In this document: positions 51,278 to 60,888 of the stretch, piece after piece
How the letters are laid out: each line of letters begins with the position of its first letter
Position numbering within the stretch: the stretch's first letter is position 1
DNA from: Candidatus Latescibacterota bacterium
GTDB lineage: Bacteria; Latescibacterota; UBA2968; UBA8231
Assembly: GCA_965242865.1 (NCBI GenBank)
Contig: CBDETK010000013.1
Location: forward strand, 2,432,001-2,496,000
Reading direction: 5' to 3'
Length of the DNA: 64,000 bases
Translations under genes and position numbers: made by a program
The notes under the pieces: generated by a model
What the model saw: the letters and a program-made list of their open reading frames with translations, nothing else
The model's database searches: none
What the model was told of the DNA's origin: nothing

Positions 51278-51360
51278 TCTCGCTTCAGTGGCGCGGTTGG
51301 GCAAAATTTGCGGCAACCGCGCTAGATTTGTTCACCTCACCTCTAGCACGGAGGGCACTC

Positions 51361-54300
51361 ATGCACATTGAGAGAGGGAAGAGGCCGGCCGCACTTGGCG
51401 CGGTGCTGGTTTGCGCTTTGCTCGCGCTGCCGGCGTTGGCTGGCAACGGCAAGATCGCCGGCGTGGTACGAGACGATTCCGGGCAGGCATTGCCTAGAGC
51501 CAATGTAGAAGTCGAAGTCGGCGGCGAGCGAATTGGCACTACAGCCGACGATAGGGGGCGTTATTTTTTGCTCAATATCCCCCCCGGCACGTACTCGGTT
51601 GAAGCGAGTTACGTGGGGCACCAGACGGTGCGCCAGACCCAAATCGAGGTCCGCTTGGACCTGACGACGACCGTCGATTTCGAGCTCCAAGTCGAGGCGA
51701 TTGAAGGCGAGACAGTAACAGTGGTCGCCGAAGCACCGCTGGTCGAGCGCTCGCTGACGACTAGCCGGGCGACGATCGGCCGTTCCGAGCTCAACAACAC
51801 CATGCCGGTGGCCGACTTGCAGGATCTGATCAACACGACGCCGAGCGTGTTCCGCGGCTATATCCGCGGCGGGCGCAAGGCCGAGGCCAAAGTGCTCGTC
51901 GATGGGATCGATGTATCGGATACGTACTTCCGCGCCGGCGAAGGCCAAGGCACTTGGAACCCCTATACGGACGTCAAGCGCACCTCGGAGGGCGAATTCA
52001 CCGCGGTCGGCGTCAACGCCAGCAACGTGCAGTCGCTAGACATCATCGCCGGCACCTTCAACGCCGAGTACGACGCGGCTAGCGCGGGCATCGTCAATGT
52101 CGTCACGCGCGAAGGCGGCGACGAGCTAGAAGGGCGGCTGTTTCTCCGCCGCGGCGTCAGCGGCTACAAAAACGCCGGCCCCGAGGTCTATGCCGGCTTA
52201 GTCAACCCCGAGCCGGGCGACGACGGCACCGTTGATGAGACGACCTATTTCGACCGCTACCTACAGGTGCGCGACGACTTACAGGCGTCCGAGGACGAGG
52301 CCGACCAAGCCAAGGCCGAGAACTACTACATTTTTGACCCCGAGCAAGTTACCTACGGCGACAATCCCTCCACGGAGATGGAATTTTCGCTGGGGGGCAA
52401 GCTGCCGTTGCCGCGCACCCACTTTTACTTGACCACGCGCTATCTCAACGACGAGGGACTCTTTCCCAACGCGCTCAATCGCTCGCAACGCTATTCGCTC
52501 AAGCTGACCCACCGCCTCAGCCAGAACATCAAGCTGACGGCCAATGCGATGATCGACGATGGCGGCGAGTTGGGCGGTTGGGTCAACCGCAATTTCAGCG
52601 GCCGCTACGCGTACTTCCCGGCCGGGGCCCTCGGCAACAAAAAGCTGGGGACGATGTCCTATCTGGGGATGAGTCACTCGCTTTCTAACAACACCTTCTA
52701 CGAGGTCAAAATTTCGCAGGTTTCGCGCATGAGCAAATTCGGCTACTCCGACGGCGACGGCGACGGCATCGTCGAGACCAGCGAGAATGGCGACTTCATC
52801 TTCATCGACAGCGCCGAAGAGTCGGAAAAGTACCTAGGCGTTGACGGCTCTGGGGCCGACGCCGACGGCAACTTTACCTTTTTCACCACCAACCCGGGCA
52901 ATTCGCGCAACTTCGACCTGCCCTTTGGCGACAATCAGTACCGCTTGGCGCAAGCCGGCTTCTACTTTGAGGAGCTCAACCGCGACGTGATGCAGGTCAA
53001 GGCCGACATCACCCATCAGTACAACTACCACCATCAGCTCAAGGCCGGCCTGCTCTTCCGCAGCCACACGGTCTCAAACCTCATGCAGCGGACGCAGATT
53101 ACGGTGGGCTATTCCAACCTGCCCTACGAGATCGCCGAATACGAGCGCACCCCGAGCGAGCTCGCCTTTTACGTGCAGGACAAAGTCGAGTACGAGGGCA
53201 TCGTCCTAAACGCCGGCTTGCGGCTCGACAGCTTCAACGCAGACGCCGAGCAATTGGCCGACTTTTTCCGCCCGTCGGAAGAGGCCGAATACACCTACCA
53301 AAGCGGCCAGACCCACACGTACCGCCGCCCGATCCGCGGCGAGGCGGTTGCAACGCGCTGGTACTGGCAGCCGCGGCTGGGAATCTCGCACCCGATCAGC
53401 GAGCAGGCCGCCATGCACTACTCGTGGGGCAAGTTCTACTCGCCGCCGTCGTTTTCGTTCCTCTACGAAGATTACGGCAGCCTCACCAACCCAGCGTGGC
53501 CGAACCTGCCGGATGTCGAGGCGAATCCGACGACGGCCACTGCGTACGAGATGGGCCTGCAGTACAGCTTCGCGCCCGAATACTTGTTCGACGTTACGGC
53601 CTACTACCGCGACATCGAAAACTACGGGCGGCTCGGCTTTACCATCAGCCCGGCCGACGCTGGTTTTGCCAACTACAATCTCAACACCAGCGGCGGGTAC
53701 GCCGACAGCCGCGGCATTGAGCTCGGAGTGGAGCGCCGGTCGCAGAGCAAGATCAACGGCCGCGTCAACTACGCATACAGCTACATCAAGGCGTCGCGCA
53801 ACGGCAATAACTCGACGCCCTTTCCAGACAAAACGTCGTTTTCGGTCAACGCCGCAACCGACGTCCAAGCCTTGGAGACGGCCCTAGCCAACAAGGAGCA
53901 GTTCAACACGTACGAGGCCAATGTCAACGGCGGCGGCAATCCATTGGTCACCGGGTACGACCGCGCCCACCGCCTCGCCGTTACCCTGCTGGCCGAGCTG
54001 CCCGCGCAGGTCGGGTTGACCTTGATCTCAACGGCTGAGAGTGGCTTCAACTACAATGTGACGGCCACCACCGAAGACCCGCGCGAGCGCGAGACCCGGC
54101 AGGCCCCGTGGAACATGCGCACGGACCTGCGGCTCCACCGCGCCCTCGAGTTGGGAGGTTTAGCACTCGGAGCCTTCTTTGAGGTGCGCAATCTCTTCGA
54201 CCGCGAGAACATCCTCACGTGGGACAATCGCAACATCCGCTCTACCTCCAAGTGGGAGGAAGAGGGGGACCCAACTGGCGACCTCAACCGGGCCTTCACC

Positions 54301-54366
54301 GGCCAGAGCCAAGCGATTTACGACATCCCGCGCATGGCCAATTTCGGCGTCACCGTGGATTTCTAG
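51361..54366 (+). CDS. TonB-dependent receptor with N-terminal carboxypeptidase-regulatory-like domain
   Basis: GKIAGVVRD, GRYFLLNIPPGTY, IRGGR, GTFNAEY, PRLGISHPIS, NLFDREN, C-terminal PRMANFGVTVDF. Confidence 0.92.
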   Translation: MHIERGKRPAALGAVLVCALLALPALAGNGKIAGVVRDDSGQALPRANVEVEVGGERIGTTADDRGRYFLLNIPPGTYSVEASYVGHQTVRQTQIEVRLDLTTTVDFELQVEAIEGETVTVVAEAPLVERSLTTSRATIGRSELNNTMPVADLQDLINTTPSVFRGYIRGGRKAEAKVLVDGIDVSDTYFRAGEGQGTWNPYTDVKRTSEGEFTAVGVNASNVQSLDIIAGTFNAEYDAASAGIVNVVTREGGDELEGRLFLRRGVSGYKNAGPEVYAGLVNPEPGDDGTVDETTYFDRYLQVRDDLQASEDEADQAKAENYYIFDPEQVTYGDNPSTEMEFSLGGKLPLPRTHFYLTTRYLNDEGLFPNALNRSQRYSLKLTHRLSQNIKLTANAMIDDGGELGGWVNRNFSGRYAYFPAGALGNKKLGTMSYLGMSHSLSNNTFYEVKISQVSRMSKFGYSDGDGDGIVETSENGDFIFIDSAEESEKYLGVDGSGADADGNFTFFTTNPGNSRNFDLPFGDNQYRLAQAGFYFEELNRDVMQVKADITHQYNYHHQLKAGLLFRSHTVSNLMQRTQITVGYSNLPYEIAEYERTPSELAFYVQDKVEYEGIVLNAGLRLDSFNADAEQLADFFRPSEEAEYTYQSGQTHTYRRPIRGEAVATRWYWQPRLGISHPISEQAAMHYSWGKFYSPPSFSFLYEDYGSLTNPAWPNLPDVEANPTTATAYEMGLQYSFAPEYLFDVTAYYRDIENYGRLGFTISPADAGFANYNLNTSGGYADSRGIELGVERRSQSKINGRVNYAYSYIKASRNGNNSTPFPDKTSFSVNAATDVQALETALANKEQFNTYEANVNGGGNPLVTGYDRAHRLAVTLLAELPAQVGLTLISTAESGFNYNVTATTEDPRERETRQAPWNMRTDLRLHRALELGGLALGAFFEVRNLFDRENILTWDNRNIRSTSKWEEEGDPTGDLNRAFTGQSQAIYDIPRMANFGVTVDF

Positions 54367-54379
54367 GAGGACTACTAAG

Positions 54380-56896
54380 ATGGTTAAACGCACGAAGATT
54401 GCGTCCCGGCTGGCGGCCGCGTTGGTGGTCGCCGCGGCCGGGGTGACGGCGGCTCAAGAGGGCGGCGTGTTCACGGCTGGCGATCTGTGGGATTCCTTTT
54501 TTCCCAGCAACGCCGGCTCTTGGTATCGCGAAACAGATGACGACCCGACCGCGCGCTTTACGCTCTTTCGCGTCGGCAACTGGGATCGCCAGTGGACCAC
54601 CCCGACCCAGACCTATCCGGGCGGCGAGAATCTGCACCTGCCTTGGGGTCAAGATTTGCAGATGACCGAGTACAGCCCGGATGAGATCAACATCACCACC
54701 GACAGCAACGCGCCCCGGGCCAAGCAGTACCTGCACGGGTTCTACACCAGCCACTTGGCGGGTGCGGGCGATGCCGAGCGCAACTTTACCAGCCCGGGCG
54801 CGTACTGGGCTGACGACAGCCGCAATGAAATGCGCTACGAGGGCGCGATGCCGACCAACCTCGGCGTGGATGTGCGCTGGCGGATGCGGCAGTTTGCCGC
54901 CAACCACGCCAACCTCAACGACTTCATCGTCGTCGAGTTGGAGTTGACCAACACCGGCGTGCTCGACGCCGATGGCGACGGCACGGCCGAAAAAACCGAC
55001 AACCGCATCCACGCGCTCACCCTGCATCTGCAAAACGAGCCGATCAATTCCATGACCAACCGCAACAATGGTCGTCGCGGTGCGTCGGGGTGGTTTACCG
55101 GCCCGACCTCGGGCTACGACGCCACGCCCGACTCGGACGGTGCGCCTTGGGATGTGCCGGTCGTTTTTACCGGCCCGTCGCCTAGCACGCTCGGGGAGCC
55201 GCATCCGGTCTTTGATACGCCGACCGGCTGGTCGGCCGATGGAGCGCGCCTGCTGGGCGTCACCATGCGCCGGCGGGGATACTACTACGACATTTACAAT
55301 GGGATGCAGTGGATCGCCGCCAAGCAGGGCGCGTTGCCAGCAAGCGGCAGCAGCGCCAGTGCCGAGGACAAGCGCACCATCTACGACAGCCACCCGGTCG
55401 GCGTACAGGCCGAGCGCGGTTGGTTTACCTCGGTGCTCAAAGACGACGGCGGCTTCCGCAATCCGCGCGAGAATCACATCTATGCGATGGCCGCGTTTTT
55501 CGACGGCGAACAAGTCGGCAGCCGCGCTTGGGACAAGGGGGCCGCACTCCAGAACGAGAGCAGCTTGGTGCCCGACCCCAACTGGTTTGATCCCGACCAC
55601 GCGGACATCGTGCCCGGCGACCCACTCTCCTTCGTCAATGCGGTGCGCCCCGAAGGCGAGCGCGGCCAGCCACTGGGCGACATGAAGTACAACAACACGT
55701 TCATCCAAAATTGGGAGATCGATCCCAGCCGTTCGCTAGACGACCAGCCCGACTGGGCGTGGACGCGGGGCTATGCGATTGACCACAACTTCGACGGCAT
55801 GTTGCAGGTGGGCATCGGCCCGTTCTCCTTGGAGGTGGGCGAGACCATCAACTTGGTGCTCGTGGAGTACGCGGGGTTCCGCTTGCAGGGGGCCCGCGCC
55901 GCACGCAGCACGGCGCAATGGGTCTATGAAAACGACTTTGCGGTCCCCTCGCCGCCGCCGACCCCTCACCTCGAAGTAGCGCCCAACACGGACGTCAAAG
56001 TCGATGTCAAGTGGGACGACCGGGCCGAAGCGGCCGCTGATTTTGCTGGCTACAAGGTCTATCGCTCAACTTTGTTCCCCCGGGTCAATTCGCTCGACGT
56101 CGGCTTGCGCATCATCGACCGCTACCACGAGCAGACCGAGGTCAATCCCACGGACGCACAACTGGCGGCCTTTGGCGCCGACAACAATCCCAACATCAGC
56201 TCTGGCGCCTACAGGCCGCAGGAGCCGGCCGCGTGGGGGCCTTATCGGCTGATCGCCCACGTGCCCGCAAGCGAGGTGGGCAACTACCTCAACGACGGCC
56301 CGGACAGCGACGTGTTCAAGTACAAGTTTGCCGACAACAGCGACTTAGTGACCTTTGGCTTCACCTATTACTACTATGTCGCAGCGTACGACGACGAGGC
56401 GGGCGAGATCAACGGCCAGCCCTTTAGCTCGCTGGAGACGCATCGGCACAACTTCAACGGCCGCGATGGGTTGTGGAAAAACACGTACCACTACGCGACC
56501 GCTAGTTCGTTTTTTCCCGCCAGCTTGGAGGGGCAAAAGGCCATTGGTGCGCCGTTTATTCTCAAAGCACCGCTGGCCGCGGCGGGCGACCTCGCAAGCG
56601 GCGCGCTCGCCATTCGCGTGGTGCCCAATCCCTATAAGAAAGGCGCGCTGCACGACACGGGCACTGAGCACAAGATGCTCTTCATCAACCTGCCGACCGG
56701 CACTAAGATCACCATCTTCGATGTGGCTGGGCAGATCATCGATGTGCTCTACTTCGACAGTACCAACCCGTTCGACGGTACGCTGTTTTGGGACATGTTT
56801 TCCAAGGACGGCATTGAGGTAGCCAGCGGGCTATACATCTACGTGGCCGAGTATCCGGGCGGAACCCAGACCGGGCACTTCGCCATTCTGCGCTGA
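54380..56896 (+). CDS. Secreted protein with FN3-like region and T9SS type-A-like C-terminal domain
   Basis: ATG 54380 after AGGAGG; FAGYKVYRS; IRVVPNPY...FINLP...IFDVAG...WD...VASGLYIY...FAILR. Confidence 0.8.
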   Translation: MVKRTKIASRLAAALVVAAAGVTAAQEGGVFTAGDLWDSFFPSNAGSWYRETDDDPTARFTLFRVGNWDRQWTTPTQTYPGGENLHLPWGQDLQMTEYSPDEINITTDSNAPRAKQYLHGFYTSHLAGAGDAERNFTSPGAYWADDSRNEMRYEGAMPTNLGVDVRWRMRQFAANHANLNDFIVVELELTNTGVLDADGDGTAEKTDNRIHALTLHLQNEPINSMTNRNNGRRGASGWFTGPTSGYDATPDSDGAPWDVPVVFTGPSPSTLGEPHPVFDTPTGWSADGARLLGVTMRRRGYYYDIYNGMQWIAAKQGALPASGSSASAEDKRTIYDSHPVGVQAERGWFTSVLKDDGGFRNPRENHIYAMAAFFDGEQVGSRAWDKGAALQNESSLVPDPNWFDPDHADIVPGDPLSFVNAVRPEGERGQPLGDMKYNNTFIQNWEIDPSRSLDDQPDWAWTRGYAIDHNFDGMLQVGIGPFSLEVGETINLVLVEYAGFRLQGARAARSTAQWVYENDFAVPSPPPTPHLEVAPNTDVKVDVKWDDRAEAAADFAGYKVYRSTLFPRVNSLDVGLRIIDRYHEQTEVNPTDAQLAAFGADNNPNISSGAYRPQEPAAWGPYRLIAHVPASEVGNYLNDGPDSDVFKYKFADNSDLVTFGFTYYYYVAAYDDEAGEINGQPFSSLETHRHNFNGRDGLWKNTYHYATASSFFPASLEGQKAIGAPFILKAPLAAAGDLASGALAIRVVPNPYKKGALHDTGTEHKMLFINLPTGTKITIFDVAGQIIDVLYFDSTNPFDGTLFWDMFSKDGIEVASGLYIYVAEYPGGTQTGHFAILR

Positions 56897-56917
56897 ACCG
56901 AACAGGGAGACTTGAAA

Positions 56918-57949
56918 ATGAAAGCGTTGAAACTCATTGCAGGGCTGGGGTTGGCCCTCTTGCTGGCGCAACCTGGGGTCGCCGATGTGCGCAAGTCTGG
57001 CCTGACCGGTGCCGCTTTTCTCAAGATCGGCGTAGGGGCCAGGCCGGTCGCGCTCGGCTCGGCCTATACGACCCGTGCCGGCGACGTCCATCAGTTGTTT
57101 TGGAACCCAGCCGGTGCGGCCCTGAGCGGCCAAAGCCAAGTGCTGCTCTCGCACAACTCGTGGATCGCGGATTTGTCGCACGACGCCATTGGCTTCGCGC
57201 ACGACATGGGCGATCTAGGCACTGTGGGCCTTGGCGTAGTGACGCTCGGGTTGAGCGACATTGCCGCCGATCGCGACGTGGTGCCGCAATTCGTGCTCGA
57301 TGCGGGAACGTTTGTGCCCAACGACGACGAGTCTTCGGGCACGTACAACTACCGAGATTTGGCCGTGGGCGCGACGTGGGCACGCCACATCACTGACAAA
57401 CTCAACTTGGGGGTGACCGGCAAGATCGTGCGCCAGACCATTGACGGCGTCAGTGCCACTGCGTATGCGGCTGATTTCGGTGCGCTCTACCGCGTTAATT
57501 CGAGGTACACCATTGGCGCTCGGATCAACAATCTCGGCAGCGATCTGAAGTTCTACGACATTGGCGCACCGCTACCGCTGATATTTAGCATTGGCGCGGC
57601 CGCGGCCGTCCTCGACGATCCAGACAGCGGCATGAAGGTCACTTTGCTCGCCGATGCCACTAAGCCGCAAGACGCCGAGCAGCTGCTCTACGCCGCGGCC
57701 GAGGTGGAGCTTTTCGACATGCTCAGCCTCCGCTCCGGGTACAAGCTCAACTACCAAGGCGTAGAGGACGACAAGGTCGATGAGGTCAGCGGCGCGGTCG
57801 TAGCGGCTGGCCGCAGCGAGGAGGGGCTGACGGCTGGGCTGGGCCTTAAATTGGGCATGGCCGGGTACGCCGCGACCGTGGATTACGCCTTTACCTCGTT
57901 TGGCATCCTCGACAGCGTCCACCAGTTCTCCTTGCAACTCAGCTTTTAA
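56918..57949 (+). CDS. PorV/PorQ family outer-membrane protein
   Basis: AAFLKIGVGARPVALGSAY, FWNPAG, DYAFTSFGILDSVHQFSL, terminal F. Confidence 0.9.
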   Translation: MKALKLIAGLGLALLLAQPGVADVRKSGLTGAAFLKIGVGARPVALGSAYTTRAGDVHQLFWNPAGAALSGQSQVLLSHNSWIADLSHDAIGFAHDMGDLGTVGLGVVTLGLSDIAADRDVVPQFVLDAGTFVPNDDESSGTYNYRDLAVGATWARHITDKLNLGVTGKIVRQTIDGVSATAYAADFGALYRVNSRYTIGARINNLGSDLKFYDIGAPLPLIFSIGAAAAVLDDPDSGMKVTLLADATKPQDAEQLLYAAAEVELFDMLSLRSGYKLNYQGVEDDKVDEVSGAVVAAGRSEEGLTAGLGLKLGMAGYAATVDYAFTSFGILDSVHQFSLQLSF

Positions 57950-57973
57950 GGCTGGGTCGCGATTTGCGTAGAT

Positions 57974-58009
57974 AAAAGCCCTTAGGGCCTCTGGGCCTTG
58001 GGGGCTTTT
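57974..58009 (+). terminator. Intrinsic terminator-like hairpin
   Basis: AAAAGCCC-TTAG-GGCC-tctg-GGCC-TTGG-GGGCTTTT after the PorV-family stop. Confidence 0.7.
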
Positions 58010-58221
58010 GTCGTTGAACGGTATCAACTTAGGTCTAAGGAGGGAGGGACGATATGACGACTAAGCCCGTGCCGCACGAGGCAATCCCCTGCGATCGGCT
58101 GCCGGCAGGGCAGTACCGCGATTTACCGGAGCCGCCCCACTGGCGCAAGCTGGTCGGCCCGAGCATCCTGCTGTTGGGGCTTTCGCTGGGCAGCGGCGAG
58201 TTCGTGCTCTGGCCTTACATA

Positions 58222-59109
58222 ACTAATGGTGCTAGTGTTTTACAATCCGAACTCGGCGATAGACAACGGGACGAATCCGTTTTCATCGGGTTGGAATCCA
58301 TGCCACTGCACCCGCAGATTGAAGGCGGCCATGGCAAAGCTCAGATGGGCGGTGAAATACGCCCACGCTCGATGGGTCTGCTGCTTAAAGCGGCGGGTTC
58401 GGGTGAGCATGGAAAAGATCGTCTCAATGAGCATCCGCTCGTTCCAAGTGTTCCGGGGACACACTTTCAGATTGGCCGGATCGCCCGCTTGGGCATGAAA
58501 GCCCTGGTCGCTGAGGACGATCATCTGCTGTTGGAAGCGTCGGATCATCGGATGAAAGACCGAATCGTGGACTTATGCCGTGTTCCAATCCCAATCGACG
58601 ATCCGCCCCCACTGATTGACGATCATACACAGCTTGCCGCCGACGATCCAACGGTGGTTGGAGAGCCCTTTCTTCCCAATGGCGTGCTGCGCCCGGCCTT
58701 GACGCACCGGATGGCGCAACTCAATGCCATAGCTGTCGACCACTCCCAAGGTCGTCAGCTCGGCGCGGAAGCGGTCGGTCCACTCGGCATGAGCGGCGAA
58801 GAGGCGAAACAAGCGGGGGCGCGATGGTAGGCGCGGGAACCAAGCCTGCCAGTCCCGCACCAGCCAGCGGTAAAATGCCCGTTTACCCCCGCCTTTGAGC
58901 GCATACAACACCCCTAAGGTGACCACCTCACTCGGATATAAGGACGCTTGCGGGTGTTTGGGCACATCAAGCATCTGATTGTCAATGCGGTAGAACAGGG
59001 CTATTATAAACTCGGCCGTGGTCATCAGGACGCTCCGGGGCTGAAAGGTCAGAGATACCCTCAGCGTAGGAACTACCATGACCACGGTCAACATACTAGC
59101 ACCATTGGT
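58222..59109 (-). mobile_element. IS982-family-like insertion sequence (~888 bp)
   Basis: Terminal inverted repeats ACTAATGGTGCTAGT / ACTAGCACCATTGGT; target duplication TACATA at 58216-58221 and 59110-59115. Confidence 0.88.
58240..59025 (-). pseudogene. DDE transposase (IS982-like) with in-frame TAA at 58573-58575
   Basis: LYPSEVVTL, VVDSYGI, GGKLC, NTA*VHD, LSDQGF, ERMLIETIFS, all in one frame. Confidence 0.85.
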
Positions 59110-60440
59110 TACATAACGTACAAGTTCGGCTTTGCGGTGTTCTGGGCCTGCATGGTGGGGGTGCTGACCCAGTATTTCATCAACATGGAGATCGAGCGCT
59201 GGACGCTGGCCACCGGCGAGACCGCGGTGACCGGGTTTTGTCGCCTGTGGTCGGGCTGGGCCGGAGTTTTTCTGGTGTGCAACGTGGTCCCGTGGATGTG
59301 GCCGGGCTGGGCGTCTGGAGCGGCGACTATCTTGACTTGGGAGCTCGGCGGCGACGAGAACACGCGGGTCGGCTATTCGATTGCGAGTTTGTTGGTGGTC
59401 GGGTTGGCGCTGAGTTTGGGGCCGGTGGTGTACCGCACGGTAGAGCGCATCCAAACGGTGCTGATCGCCGCGGTGCTGGTCTTGTTGTTGGTCATTTTCT
59501 TTTTGGTCGTAGAGCCGAGCCACGTGTGGGACTTGTGCAAGGGCATCGTCAATATCGGCTATATCCCCGAGGAAATGGAGTTGCCGCTCTTTTTGGGTGC
59601 TTTGGCCTTTGCCGGGGCTGGCGGGACGATGAACTTGGCGCAGAGCGATTTCGTCCGCGACAAAGGCTATGCCATGGGCGCGTACGTGGGGCGTCTGACT
59701 AGCCCGCTGACTGGCCGGGAAGAGGCCGTGGGTGCTATCGGCTATCACTTCGAGCAGACGCCAGCGAACATGCGACGCTGGCGCGGCTGGTGGCAGGCGG
59801 CCAATCGCGAACACTTGATCACCTTCTACGCGCTCTCGGTCCTGTCGCTGATGCTGCTGTCCCTGATCGCCTACGCCACCACCAGACAGGCACCCGGGCT
59901 GGAACAGGGTTTGGGGTTTATCGGCACGGAGGGCGACTTTATCGCGCAGGAGCGCGGCGGCTTTTTCAAGCATCTCTTCAACTGGATGGGCATTGCCATT
60001 TTGCTGACGACCGAGTTGGGGCTGTTGGACGCCTGCGCTCGCATCTCCACCGACATTATCAAGACCAACTGGCTGCGCACCCACGCCCGATGGACGCGGA
60101 ATCGGCTCTACTTCCTCCTGCTGTGGGCGCAGATCCTCTTAGGCATCCTGATCATGCTCTCGGATTACAACAAGCCGGTGCAGTTGTTGGTCTTGAGTGC
60201 CTCGCTCAACGCAGGGGTTATGCTGCTGTATTCGGTGTTGCTGTTGTGGCAGAACAATCGCGTGCTCAAGGGGGCGCTGGCTATGCACCCGGTGCGCTTT
60301 GTGGCCTTGCTGTGGGCTTGTGCGTTCTTTGGCTATTTCGCGTTTGTCACGCTGCGGGAGCAGGTGCCGAAGCTCTGGGGGTGAGGGTATGCGGAGGGCA
60401 TGTTTCGCTTGACAGAGGTATATGTCGTGGGAAGCATCTT

Positions 60441-60543
60441 TGTCATTCTGAGCGTAGCGAAGAATCTCTTTTAGGTTCGGTGGTTTTGTAGTCTGGTGAG
60501 GTATGAGATGCTTCGTCAGCCTGGCGGCTTCCTCAGCATGACA
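60441..60543. repeat. Inverted pair of GTCAT-bounded REP-like palindromes
   Basis: TGTCATTCTGAGCGTAGCGAAGAATCTC (60441-60468) vs the reverse complement of 60505-60543, TGTCATGCTGAGGAAGCCGCCAGGCTGACGAAGCATCTC. Confidence 0.8.
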
Positions 60544-60563
60544 AGAGTAGAATGTGAGACGAG

Positions 60564-60857
60564 ATGGTAATGAAAGAATACTTCGTCTATATCATGACAA
60601 ATCGCTCAGGAACCCTCTATATAGGTGTTACCAACAATCTACAAAGAAGAATCTATGAACATAAACGCAAGCTCGTTCTAGGTTTCACAAGCAAATACAA
60701 CATCAATAGGCTGATATACTTTGAAGCGACATCCGACATCCTTGAAGCCATATCAAGAGAGAAACAGCTAAAGGGATGGGCGCGAAAGAAAAAACTCGAT
60801 CTGATAAGAACCACCAATCCAACGTTCGCCGATCTGTCTGAGGATTGGTATTGCTAA
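60564..60857 (+). CDS. Small stand-alone GIY-YIG nuclease
   Basis: YFVYIM..SGTLYIGVTNNLQRRIYEH, FTSKY, AISREKQLKGW; AT-rich relative to its neighbours. Confidence 0.93.
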   Translation: MVMKEYFVYIMTNRSGTLYIGVTNNLQRRIYEHKRKLVLGFTSKYNINRLIYFEATSDILEAISREKQLKGWARKKKLDLIRTTNPTFADLSEDWYC

Positions 60858-60888
60858 CGGCAGAAAATTTTGGAAAAGGCAATGGCAA

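Larger units (their letters stand above)
58054..60384 (+). pseudogene. Nramp-like/APC-fold transporter interrupted by an IS
   Basis: GPSILLLGLSLGSGEFVLWPYI | TYKFGFAVFW...QYFINMEIERWTLATGE rejoins in frame when 58222..59115 is removed. Confidence 0.88.

Noticed and set aside
58054-60084. ORFs 58054..58830, 58948..60384 and 58573..60084 as independent genes
   Set aside because: They are chimeras of the split transporter and the IS sequence.
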